Shown here in pieces: positions 28,771 to 36,747 of a DNA stretch of 61,160 bases. The DNA is from an archaeon (GTDB taxonomy: Archaea > Iainarchaeota > Iainarchaeia > Iainarchaeales > 1-14-0-10-31-34): positions 1 to 61,160 of the forward strand of contig JBDRFE010000029.1 in assembly GCA_043819075.1 (NCBI GenBank), written 5' to 3'. The translations under genes and the position numbers were made by a program. The notes beneath the pieces are model-generated. The model made no database searches, was not told where the DNA came from, and was given only the letters and a program-made list of their open reading frames with translations. The number at the start of each line of letters is the position of its first letter. Within the stretch, counting starts at the first letter, position 1.

Positions 28771-29603
28771 ACCAAAACCCCTAAAGCATAGCATAATCCA
28801 AGCATTAAAAACATTATTATTGTCTGTAACGGCAGGGCAGGCAATGCATTCCCGACATTTTTTGAACTGTAATGGACGGTTAACCCTAATCCAACCAAAG
28901 AACCCCATAAAATTATTGCAGGTGAAACCAAATTGAACGGGAAAACAAAGTATTTGCTTGTTTCAGTTAAAACGCTTACTGCAAAAACCAATGGAATTAC
29001 CATGTCTCCTGTTCCTAACTCAAAATTGTGTTCTTTTGTCGGCAAGGCAAAAGTAAAAGCAAGGTTTTTTTTTGTAATAGATTTTGCAAGTACAACCATG
29101 TGTTTTGTATAAAAAACTGCAATAATATCATATCCTGCTAAAATGATTAAGAAAAGCATTACTGGAATTAACCCAAAATTGTATCCAATTAATGGCCCTG
29201 CGCCTGCTGCAGCAATAACTGAAGCAATATTCCTCAACAAAACGTTTTTTCTGAAAATTAATCTAGTTGCAACAAGAAGCACTGCAAGAGCCAGTGCAAT
29301 TAACCCGAGTTCTTCTGGCAGGACAAACCCAAAAACAATTAAAGAAGTCAAGAACACTAAAAGCGATTCAACGAATATGAAAAGCAGGTCTCCTTTATAG
29401 AATTTTAATACAATAAGCAGAATTGCAGTTGAAACAAGAATGTAACCAAACAATCCAACTGAATTAATCGGGTCATCCGGATTGTCATTAACTATTCCTT
29501 CTCTTTGGATTCCAGATGAAACAAGGTTTAATCCGACATATAACCCTAAAATCTGTGTCACCAAAAAAAGTGCAACAAGCTGAAGCAAAAGATTTTTGTT
29601 CAC
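28767..29603 (-). CDS. Presenilin/SPP-family intramembrane aspartyl protease (PSH)
   Basis: YD (AGYDIIAV), GxGD (LGTGDM) and PAL (LPALP) motifs; start moved to GTG 29603. Confidence 0.9.
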   Translation of the reverse strand: MNKNLLLQLVALFLVTQILGLYVGLNLVSSGIQREGIVNDNPDDPINSVGLFGYILVSTAILLIVLKFYKGDLLFIFVESLLVFLTSLIVFGFVLPEELGLIALALAVLLVATRLIFRKNVLLRNIASVIAAAGAGPLIGYNFGLIPVMLFLIILAGYDIIAVFYTKHMVVLAKSITKKNLAFTFALPTKEHNFELGTGDMVIPLVFAVSVLTETSKYFVFPFNLVSPAIILWGSLVGLGLTVHYSSKNVGNALPALPLQTIIMFLMLGLCYALGVLV

Positions 29604-29643
29604 ACAATTTAATATAAAAGAAAAGAAATTAAATGAATTGCAT

Positions 29644-29925
29644 TTATTTCGCGTAAATGTTGTCGTGGTGGTCAAAATCAAGGAATAAAATAAATTTTTT
29701 GTTTTTATCGTATTTAAAGGTTAAAACAAAGCTTTTGTCTATATGGACTCTTTTTTCTTCCTTGAAATCATGCCGTAAATTCTTGTAATGCTCTATTGTG
29801 GTTTCATCAGAGTTAATTATTTGCTTTACTTTTTTGTAAATTATTTCTGTTTTTTTTGGGTCTTTTCTTTTAAGTTTTTGAATTATGCCTTTAAGTTTTT
29901 TTGTAAAGTCATAATCAAAAGGCAT
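29644..29925 (-). CDS. RelE/ParE-superfamily type II toxin
   Basis: 93 aa, basic; RVHI...FVL.F and DFDHHD.IY motifs; downstream of antitoxin-like gene. Confidence 0.8.
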   Translation of the reverse strand: MPFDYDFTKKLKGIIQKLKRKDPKKTEIIYKKVKQIINSDETTIEHYKNLRHDFKEEKRVHIDKSFVLTFKYDKNKKFILFLDFDHHDNIYAK

Positions 29926-29931
29926 TCTTTT

Positions 29932-30183
29932 TCACATTCCAAATAATTTGTCTAATTCTTTGTCGCTCATTTTCCTGTAACCGTATTTTTTGAAATGCTC
30001 TTCCTCGATTTTAAGGATTTTTTTAATATAACTGTCTTTGACTTCTTTTTCAACTTCGTTTTCTCCGTAGGCTTCAACAAACTTGTTGAGTGCCTCGCTT
30101 TTGTCTTTTAATTCGTATTTTGCTTTCACTACGGCCAGAACTTTGTTGGTGTAACTGTTCAAGGAAACTCTTGCGTCAACCAT
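29932..30183 (-). CDS. Antitoxin (DUF2683-like)
   Basis: GAGGTG SD; N.VL.VVKAKY.LKDKSEA.N motif; upstream of RelE-like gene. Confidence 0.72.
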   Translation of the reverse strand: MVDARVSLNSYTNKVLAVVKAKYELKDKSEALNKFVEAYGENEVEKEVKDSYIKKILKIEEEHFKKYGYRKMSDKELDKLFGM

Positions 30184-30242
30184 AAATACACCTCGTATAC
30201 ACTTTATATGCATTTAATGTGCATTAAGTTATTTAAGCTTTG

Positions 30243-32342
30243 TTATTGTTCTACCGGAGAAATGAACCCGTGCTTTTTTTCGTAGATTTCGCCTTTTCTT
30301 TTTAAATCAGAGATTATTTCGTTTACTTTGTCTTTTTCTAAGCCAAGTATTTTTGCTTCTTCTATGACTTCAATTATTGGAACTAAATCCTGTTCTTTTG
30401 CTTTCTGCCTTATAATGTTCAATACATTTCTCATTGCAGTCATTTTAGAGTGTGTTGTGCCGATGTTAATTATATCCATGTCAATTCTTCCTGTCTCTGG
30501 GTCGGTTACTACATCCTGCAGTGAATTCTTTAACAGCCTGATAGCTCTTTCTGCGTCAGCTTTGTCCACTGAATCGCTTAACCTTACCCTAGCGCTTGCC
30601 TCGCTTAATCTTATTAATCCTTCTAACTGCCTGTGTGTTGCGGCATAGCTTCCTTCTTTTTTTCCCATTTCCCTTAAATTCAGGTAAAATTCACTTAAGG
30701 CTTTTATTGCGTCATCGCTTAAAACCGGAGAAATTTTCTGCCTTGCAAAAGAAATATATTTTTTCATCAACCATGTTTCAATTAACGGAGTAATTAATGC
30801 TTTTAATTCCTGCATTTCTTTTGAATCTTTTCTTCCGGTTCTTTTTCCCTGTAAAATCATTTCTCCTGCTTTATGTGTTTTTAAAATGCTTGCAGTTATT
30901 TCTTCGTCTTTTACCCTGTCAAGTACATCTCTTATCATAAAAAATAAGTCAAACCTTGAAATCAGGGTTGAAGGCAAATCAATCTGTTTTATGAACGGCT
31001 CATACGGGTCAAACCTTGAAAATTTTGGGTTGGCTGCAGCAAGAATTGATGTTTCTGTTTTAAACCTTGTTACAATTCCTGCTTTTGCAACTGAAACCAT
31101 TTGCTGTTCCATTGCCTCATGCATTGCACTCCTGTCATCTCTTTCCATTTTATCGAATTCATCAATGTTTGCTAAACCGCCTGAAGCAAGAACTAATGCT
31201 CCTGCTTTTAGTGTCCAGCCTCCTTCGCCGAAATCGTCTTTGACTGCAGAAGCAGTTATTCCGACTCCAGTTGAAGTTTTTCCTGCAATGTAAATTGATT
31301 TTGGTGCAATATTGTTGACTGCCATTAAAATCTGTGATTTTGCAACACCAGGGTCTCCTACAAGCAGTACATGAATATTTCCTCTTACAATTGCTTTTCC
31401 GGGAAGGGTTTTTTTTACTCCCCCGAATAACTGCAGTACAATTGCTTCTTTTACTTTTTCGTGGCCGTAAATTGCCGGTGCAATGCTTTGAGTCAGCATT
31501 TCATAAATTTTCGGGTTTTCCGCAAGCTCTTTTATTTTTGTTTCCTCTTCTTTTGATATTTCCACTTCCTCGAATTCTCTTGCGGTTTCTTCTAAATGAA
31601 TTACTTCCAAGTATCTCATGAAAACAAGTTTTTTGTCTTTTGGCGCCCTTAACCTTAAAATTCCTGTAATCCTTGTCCTGTCTCCTGCAGAAGCCTTGTT
31701 AACCAAATCATTTGTTGCATTTAATTCAAGGTTCACTGCCTGCTCTGAGCCTCTTAAAAATTCTAATGGTTCCTGTATTTCAATTTTCTGGCTGTCAATG
31801 AAATCGCTTGAATTTGGCAGTAACCTGAATTCCCTGTGCTTGCATTCACATATTGCAGGAGATGTGGGAACAGTTCCTGACTGATGTATTTTGTATGTGT
31901 TGCCGCAGCTCCTGCATTCCCATTTAGCTACTTTTAATCTTGGCAGAACATCTGTTATCTGCCTTATTACTCCTTCAACTGAAATCAGTTTTCCTAAATG
32001 CTGTGACCCGATGTCCCTTAACAATGGCTGGCTGTCTTTTGGCAGGTTAAAAACCCTTATGAATGGATTAAAGTTTTCTGAGTCAAGAACCGGAATGTCA
32101 ATGCTTTTCACTGCAATTTCTGCTGCTTCAATCAAATAATCAGGGTTGTCAAGCAATGAATCAGCTAACTCAAAATCAAATTCTTCTAATTCCTTGAAAT
32201 CTATTTCCAAAGACTTTTTTTCAGGGTAAACTGCTGCAAGCTTTTCAATATTTTTTTTGTACTGCTGGGAAAAAAACTGCTCGAATTTTGAGACAAAAGG
32301 ATTTTCTTCTGCTTCAAAGACTGTTTCAGTTTTTTCTTCCAT
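30243..32342 (-). CDS. mcm: MCM replicative helicase
   Basis: LVGDPGVAKSQ, STGVGITA, IDEFDK, AAANP, SRFDL, RQLEGLIRLSEA; no intein. Confidence 0.97.
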   Translation of the reverse strand: MEEKTETVFEAEENPFVSKFEQFFSQQYKKNIEKLAAVYPEKKSLEIDFKELEEFDFELADSLLDNPDYLIEAAEIAVKSIDIPVLDSENFNPFIRVFNLPKDSQPLLRDIGSQHLGKLISVEGVIRQITDVLPRLKVAKWECRSCGNTYKIHQSGTVPTSPAICECKHREFRLLPNSSDFIDSQKIEIQEPLEFLRGSEQAVNLELNATNDLVNKASAGDRTRITGILRLRAPKDKKLVFMRYLEVIHLEETAREFEEVEISKEEETKIKELAENPKIYEMLTQSIAPAIYGHEKVKEAIVLQLFGGVKKTLPGKAIVRGNIHVLLVGDPGVAKSQILMAVNNIAPKSIYIAGKTSTGVGITASAVKDDFGEGGWTLKAGALVLASGGLANIDEFDKMERDDRSAMHEAMEQQMVSVAKAGIVTRFKTETSILAAANPKFSRFDPYEPFIKQIDLPSTLISRFDLFFMIRDVLDRVKDEEITASILKTHKAGEMILQGKRTGRKDSKEMQELKALITPLIETWLMKKYISFARQKISPVLSDDAIKALSEFYLNLREMGKKEGSYAATHRQLEGLIRLSEASARVRLSDSVDKADAERAIRLLKNSLQDVVTDPETGRIDMDIINIGTTHSKMTAMRNVLNIIRQKAKEQDLVPIIEVIEEAKILGLEKDKVNEIISDLKRKGEIYEKKHGFISPVEQ

Positions 32343-32780
32343 TACCCAACACCAAATAAATTCTGTTTTTATGTTGCTTTAAATCTTTACAGGGCTTACT
32401 GCCGCTGAAAAAAAATAGGTATTGGGATAATGTGAACTTTTTTTTTGCTATAATGATTACTCCTTGAAAAGATATAATCATTCACAGTTAGTTTTCCGAA
32501 CCCACGGGTTTTTGCCTGAGTAAATTCACTGCCAAAAGAAGCAATGCAGTGTTTTCAATGAAACTGCGGCCTTTTTTTAGGAGAATTCAAAGAAAACAGT
32601 TAAAAAAACTAAGTTAAGTGAATAATATAAAGGAAACCGGTTTAAAAAAAGCGCAAAAACAGGGGAAAAAGTTTGAATAAATAACCGGCAGCCTGGCTTG
32701 GAAAAGCTTTAAATAGTTATTTTGTGTTTGTCTTTAAGTTTTGGGTTAAAAAAAGGAAGTTTTTACAGGGGATTTTTTTT

Positions 32781-35756
32781 ATGGCAGAATATTTTAAGTC
32801 AATCAGGAAAAGAAACAATAAAGTTGTTGCTTTTGACAAGGAAAAAATTGCTCAGGCAATTTTTAAGGCAGCTCAAAGTGTTGGCGGAAGCGACATAGAA
32901 ACAGCCAGAAAGCTTGCAGACAAAGTTGTTTTTGTTTTAAGAATAAAATTTGATTCTGAAACAGATGTTCCTTCAGTTGAACAGGTACAGGACATAGTTG
33001 AAAAGGTTTTAGTTGAAGAAGGCCATGTAAAAACAGCCAAAGCATTCATTCTGTACAGAGAACAGCATGCAAGAATAAGGGAAATGAAGGATACCTTCAT
33101 TGATGTAGAGCATGTAATAGATGAATACCTTAACCAGAATGACTGGAGAGTAAAAGAAAACTCTAATGAAGCATACTCTTTTTCCGGGCTGTTATTGCAT
33201 ACTGCTGGAAAAGTTATTGCAAGTTACGCTCTAACGCAAATTTATCCAAAAGAAGTAAGCGAAGCATACAAAAAAGGACACATGCATATTCATGACTTAA
33301 GCCATGGATTCATTGGATACTGTGCAGGCTGGTCGCTGAAAGACTTATTGGTTAAAGGTTTTGGCGGAGTGGCAAACAAGGTTGACGCAAAACCCGCAAA
33401 ACACTTGGATGTTGTTGTTCATCAGATGGTGAATTTTATCGGCTGCCTGCAGATGGAGTTTGCAGGAGCACAGGCTTTTTCTTCTGTTGACACCTTGCTT
33501 GCGCCTTTTGTTAGGTCAGACAATTTAACTTACAGGCAGACAAAACAATGCATGCAGGAATTAGTTTATTCTTTAAACATTCCAAGCAGATGGGGCTGTT
33601 TCAGCGAGGACACAGAGATTTTAACTGAAAACGGATGGAAACCTGGAAAAGATTTAGAAGAAGGAGAAGTTATTGCAACATTTAATATGGAAAAAGATGA
33701 AATTCAATACCTGCCTGTATTGAAAATGACTAAAGACCATTTCAAGGGAAAAATGTATAACCTGAAAAACAGGATAACCGACCAGTTAATCACCCCAAAC
33801 CACAGGGTGTTAAGAAGAATCCATAATTTTGAGGAAGGAAAATCCCAATCAAAGTATGTTTTAGAAGAAGCACAAAAACTGAAAACAAAAATTCCTTTGA
33901 TTCCTTTAGGTGGAACTTTCAAAGGAAAGGAAATGGACAAGAATCTTGTTAAGTCTCTTGCTTGGATTACCTCTGAAGGAAGCTTATGCAGGAATGAAAG
34001 AATTGCAATTTACCAGTCAGAAGAAATGAATCCAGAAAACTGCAACGAAATAAGAGATTGTTTAGATGAACTTGAAATTCCTTTTGATGAAATGCCAAGG
34101 CAGTCAGGTTTTACAGGAAAAATGAATTGTGTTAGATTCAGGTTAAACAGGCCTGAATCAAGAAAAATCCATGAAGAATTTTTCCCAAATTATGTGAAAG
34201 TCATTCCGAAAAGTTTAAGGAATATTTCTACAGAACTTGCAAGAGAGTTTATAGGCACTTACATGAAAGGAGACGGACATGTGCCAGAAAACAAGATTTA
34301 CACTAAAAAGAAAGAAGATGCTGATTTCTTGCAGGAAATGATAGTGAAAAGCGGATGGGGAAGCACTCTCTACAAAAACAAAAATGGCATTTATGTTGTC
34401 AGGGTAATAAAACACGATTTCACTCAAATAAGTTCAATAACAGAAGTTGATTATGATGGAATTGTCTGGTGTCCTACTACAACCAATAAAACAGTTGTTG
34501 CAAGAAGAAACGGGAAAGTTTTTTTGAGCGGAAACTCACAGTATCCTTTCTCTAATTTAACTTTTGACTGGACTGTTCCGGAAGACCTGAAAAAAGACAA
34601 GGCAATTGTCGGCGGAAAAGAAATGAGTTTTTCTTATGGTGACTGCCAGAAAGAAATGGATATGATTAATAAATCTTTTTTAGAGGTAATGCAGGAAGGG
34701 GATGCAAGCGGAAGAATTTTTACTTTTCCTATTCCAACATACAATCTTACAAAAGACTTTAACTGGGATTCAGAGAACGCTGAATTATTGTTTGAAGTAA
34801 CAGCCAAATACGGCATTCCGTATTTCCAGAATTATGTTGGCTCTGACTTGGATCCAAAAAGCATTCGCTCAATGTGTTGCAGACTTTCCATGGATACAAA
34901 CCAGTTAATTAACAGGCCAGGAGGAATGTGGGGCCCAGGAGATGCAACTGGAAGCATTGGAGTAATAACAATTAATTTGAACAGATTAGGCTTTGAATCA
35001 AAAACAAAAGAAGAATTTTTTGAGAGACTGGCTTATTACATGAATCTGGCTAAAATTGCTTTGGAACTCAAAAGAGAAATAATTGACAAAAATCTTGAAA
35101 ATAATTTAATGCCTTACACTAAAGCTTATCTTGGAACATTCAACAACCATTTTTCTACTATCGGCTTGTGTGGAATGAATGAAGCCTGCGTTAACTTTCT
35201 TGGAAAAGACATTGCTTCCCTTGAAGGAAAAAATTTTGCAATAGAAGTTTTAACTTTTATGAGGAATAAGTGCTTTGAATTCCAGAAAGAAACACAAAAC
35301 CTTTACAATTTAGAGGCAACGCCAGCTGAATCAGCGTCATACCGTTTAGCAAAACTTGACAAAGAATTTCATCCGGAAATTTTTACTGCAGGAAAAGAAA
35401 CTCCTTATTTAACTAATTCATCCCAGCTGCCGGTTGATTTTACAGATGATGCAATTACAGCAATAATGCATCAGAATGACTTACAGCCGTTATACACTGG
35501 TGGAACAATTTTTCATACTTTTTTGGGGGAAAAAATAAGTTCAGGCAAAGCCTGCAAGCAGTTAGTGAAAAAAATTGCTGAAAACACTAAACTGCCTTAT
35601 TATTCTATTACTCCAACGTTTAGTATTTGTCCAGTTCATGGTTATGTTAAAGGAGAGCATTTCACTTGCCCTGTGGCGGTTTCGTCCGCCAGTGACGACG
35701 CAGGGCATAAAGCCCAGCTGAACGAAAAAGAAATTGCAAAGGAGGCAATAATATGA
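32781..35756 (+). CDS. nrdD: Class III anaerobic ribonucleoside-triphosphate reductase, large fragment (ATP cone, intein, no glycyl-radical loop)
   Basis: ATP cone, HIHDL, YCAGWS, SMCCRL, EATPAES, ITPTFSIC..HG; ends before any R..GY motif. Confidence 0.93.
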   Translation: MAEYFKSIRKRNNKVVAFDKEKIAQAIFKAAQSVGGSDIETARKLADKVVFVLRIKFDSETDVPSVEQVQDIVEKVLVEEGHVKTAKAFILYREQHARIREMKDTFIDVEHVIDEYLNQNDWRVKENSNEAYSFSGLLLHTAGKVIASYALTQIYPKEVSEAYKKGHMHIHDLSHGFIGYCAGWSLKDLLVKGFGGVANKVDAKPAKHLDVVVHQMVNFIGCLQMEFAGAQAFSSVDTLLAPFVRSDNLTYRQTKQCMQELVYSLNIPSRWGCFSEDTEILTENGWKPGKDLEEGEVIATFNMEKDEIQYLPVLKMTKDHFKGKMYNLKNRITDQLITPNHRVLRRIHNFEEGKSQSKYVLEEAQKLKTKIPLIPLGGTFKGKEMDKNLVKSLAWITSEGSLCRNERIAIYQSEEMNPENCNEIRDCLDELEIPFDEMPRQSGFTGKMNCVRFRLNRPESRKIHEEFFPNYVKVIPKSLRNISTELAREFIGTYMKGDGHVPENKIYTKKKEDADFLQEMIVKSGWGSTLYKNKNGIYVVRVIKHDFTQISSITEVDYDGIVWCPTTTNKTVVARRNGKVFLSGNSQYPFSNLTFDWTVPEDLKKDKAIVGGKEMSFSYGDCQKEMDMINKSFLEVMQEGDASGRIFTFPIPTYNLTKDFNWDSENAELLFEVTAKYGIPYFQNYVGSDLDPKSIRSMCCRLSMDTNQLINRPGGMWGPGDATGSIGVITINLNRLGFESKTKEEFFERLAYYMNLAKIALELKREIIDKNLENNLMPYTKAYLGTFNNHFSTIGLCGMNEACVNFLGKDIASLEGKNFAIEVLTFMRNKCFEFQKETQNLYNLEATPAESASYRLAKLDKEFHPEIFTAGKETPYLTNSSQLPVDFTDDAITAIMHQNDLQPLYTGGTIFHTFLGEKISSGKACKQLVKKIAENTKLPYYSITPTFSICPVHGYVKGEHFTCPVAVSSASDDAGHKAQLNEKEIAKEAII
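33597..34535 (+). mobile_element. Intein in NrdD (313 aa) with compact LAGLIDADG domain
   Basis: CFSEDTEILT after SRWG; ends FLSGN before +1 Ser (SQYPF); LITPNH block B; WITSEGS and YMKGDG motifs. Confidence 0.92.
35667..35719 (+). repeat. GC-rich palindromic repeat unit inside the NrdD 3' tail
   Basis: 35692-35719 matches reverse complement of 46992-47019 at 24/28; 35676-35689 matches reverse complement of 47046-47059 at 13/14. Confidence 0.75.
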
Positions 35757-35923
35757 CTAAATGCAATGCAAACTGTGAAACCTATTCAAGAATAGTGGGT
35801 TATTTCAGGCCGGTGCAGAACTGGAATATAGGAAAAAGAGAGGAATTTAAGGACAGACTAGAATACACTGAAAAAAAATCAATGAACACCCAGTTCAAGA
35901 GCGCGGAAAAACCCAAGTGCTGA
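35753..35923 (+). CDS. Separately encoded NrdD glycyl-radical segment (56 aa; not in ORF track)
   Basis: MTKCNANCETYSRIVGYFRPVQNWNIGKREEFKDR...; GGAGG SD at 35741-35745; ATGA overlap with nrdD stop. Confidence 0.92.
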   Translation: MTKCNANCETYSRIVGYFRPVQNWNIGKREEFKDRLEYTEKKSMNTQFKSAEKPKC

Positions 35924-35959
35924 TTTTTTTCTTTTTTTTCTTATTTTTTTGGTGTTAAA

Positions 35960-36658
35960 TTGATTTTAAAAGGATTGCAGAAAACAACTTTAATTGATTT
36001 TCCCGGAAAAATTGCATGCACTGTATTTACTGCTGGGTGCAATTTTCACTGCGGTTTCTGCCAGAACCCTGATTTAATTAAAATTAATTCATCTCTTCCA
36101 GAGCTTCCTGAAAAAGAATTCTTTTCTTTTTTAGAGTCAAGAAAAAAATGGCTGCAGGGAGTCTGCATTACAGGAGGCGAGCCAACACTGCATAAAGACC
36201 TTCCGGAATTCTGTGAAAAAATAAAAAAAGCCGGGTTTGAAGTAAAACTAGATTCAAACGGAAGCAATCCATTAATGTTAAAAGAATTAATTGAAAAAAA
36301 ACTGGTTGACTTTATTGCAATGGACATCAAGACTTCAAAAGAAAAATATTCTGAACTCTGTGAAACACAAGTTGATTTAGATAAAATAAATTCAAGCATT
36401 GAATTAATTAAAAACTCTGGCATTGACTATGAATTCCGTTGCACTGTTTTACCTGAATTTTTTTCAAGAGAAGACGCTTTAAAGACTGGTGAATGGCTTA
36501 AAGGCAGTAAAATCTTTGTATTACAGCAGTTCCGCAATAATCTTCCAATGGTTAACCCTGTTTTTTCAAAAAAAGAGCCTTTCACCGAAAAACAGCTGCT
36601 TGAGCTGAAAAAAACCCTTGAACCATTTTTTGATAAGGTTGAAATAAAGAATATCTGA
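35960..36658 (+). CDS. nrdG: Anaerobic RNR activating radical SAM enzyme
   Basis: TTG start; GCNFHCGFCQN, ITGGEP, KLDSNG motifs. Confidence 0.92.
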   Translation: MILKGLQKTTLIDFPGKIACTVFTAGCNFHCGFCQNPDLIKINSSLPELPEKEFFSFLESRKKWLQGVCITGGEPTLHKDLPEFCEKIKKAGFEVKLDSNGSNPLMLKELIEKKLVDFIAMDIKTSKEKYSELCETQVDLDKINSSIELIKNSGIDYEFRCTVLPEFFSREDALKTGEWLKGSKIFVLQQFRNNLPMVNPVFSKKEPFTEKQLLELKKTLEPFFDKVEIKNI

Positions 36659-36747
36659 CTATTGAATAGCTTTTTAATTGTTTAACTTTCTAAGTTATAT
36701 ACTTTTTTTTCTCTTTAATTTTTTTTGATTGTATTTTAGGTGATAAA

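Noticed and set aside
29604-29681. Track N-terminal extension of the presenilin homolog (similar extensions on top6B, nrdD, rrp42 and others)
   Set aside because: Extensions overlap neighbouring genes or promoters; downstream starts fit SD sites and family lengths.
32343-32780. Replication origin call
   Set aside because: No ORB-like repeats or adjacent cdc6/orc1 seen; kept only as a low-interest gap.
35700-35760. Programmed -1 frameshift fusing NrdD to the radical peptide
   Set aside because: No X XXY YYZ heptamer in the NrdD frame within the open overlap (35711-35752); the SD and ATGA overlap favour separate initiation. Not excluded experimentally.
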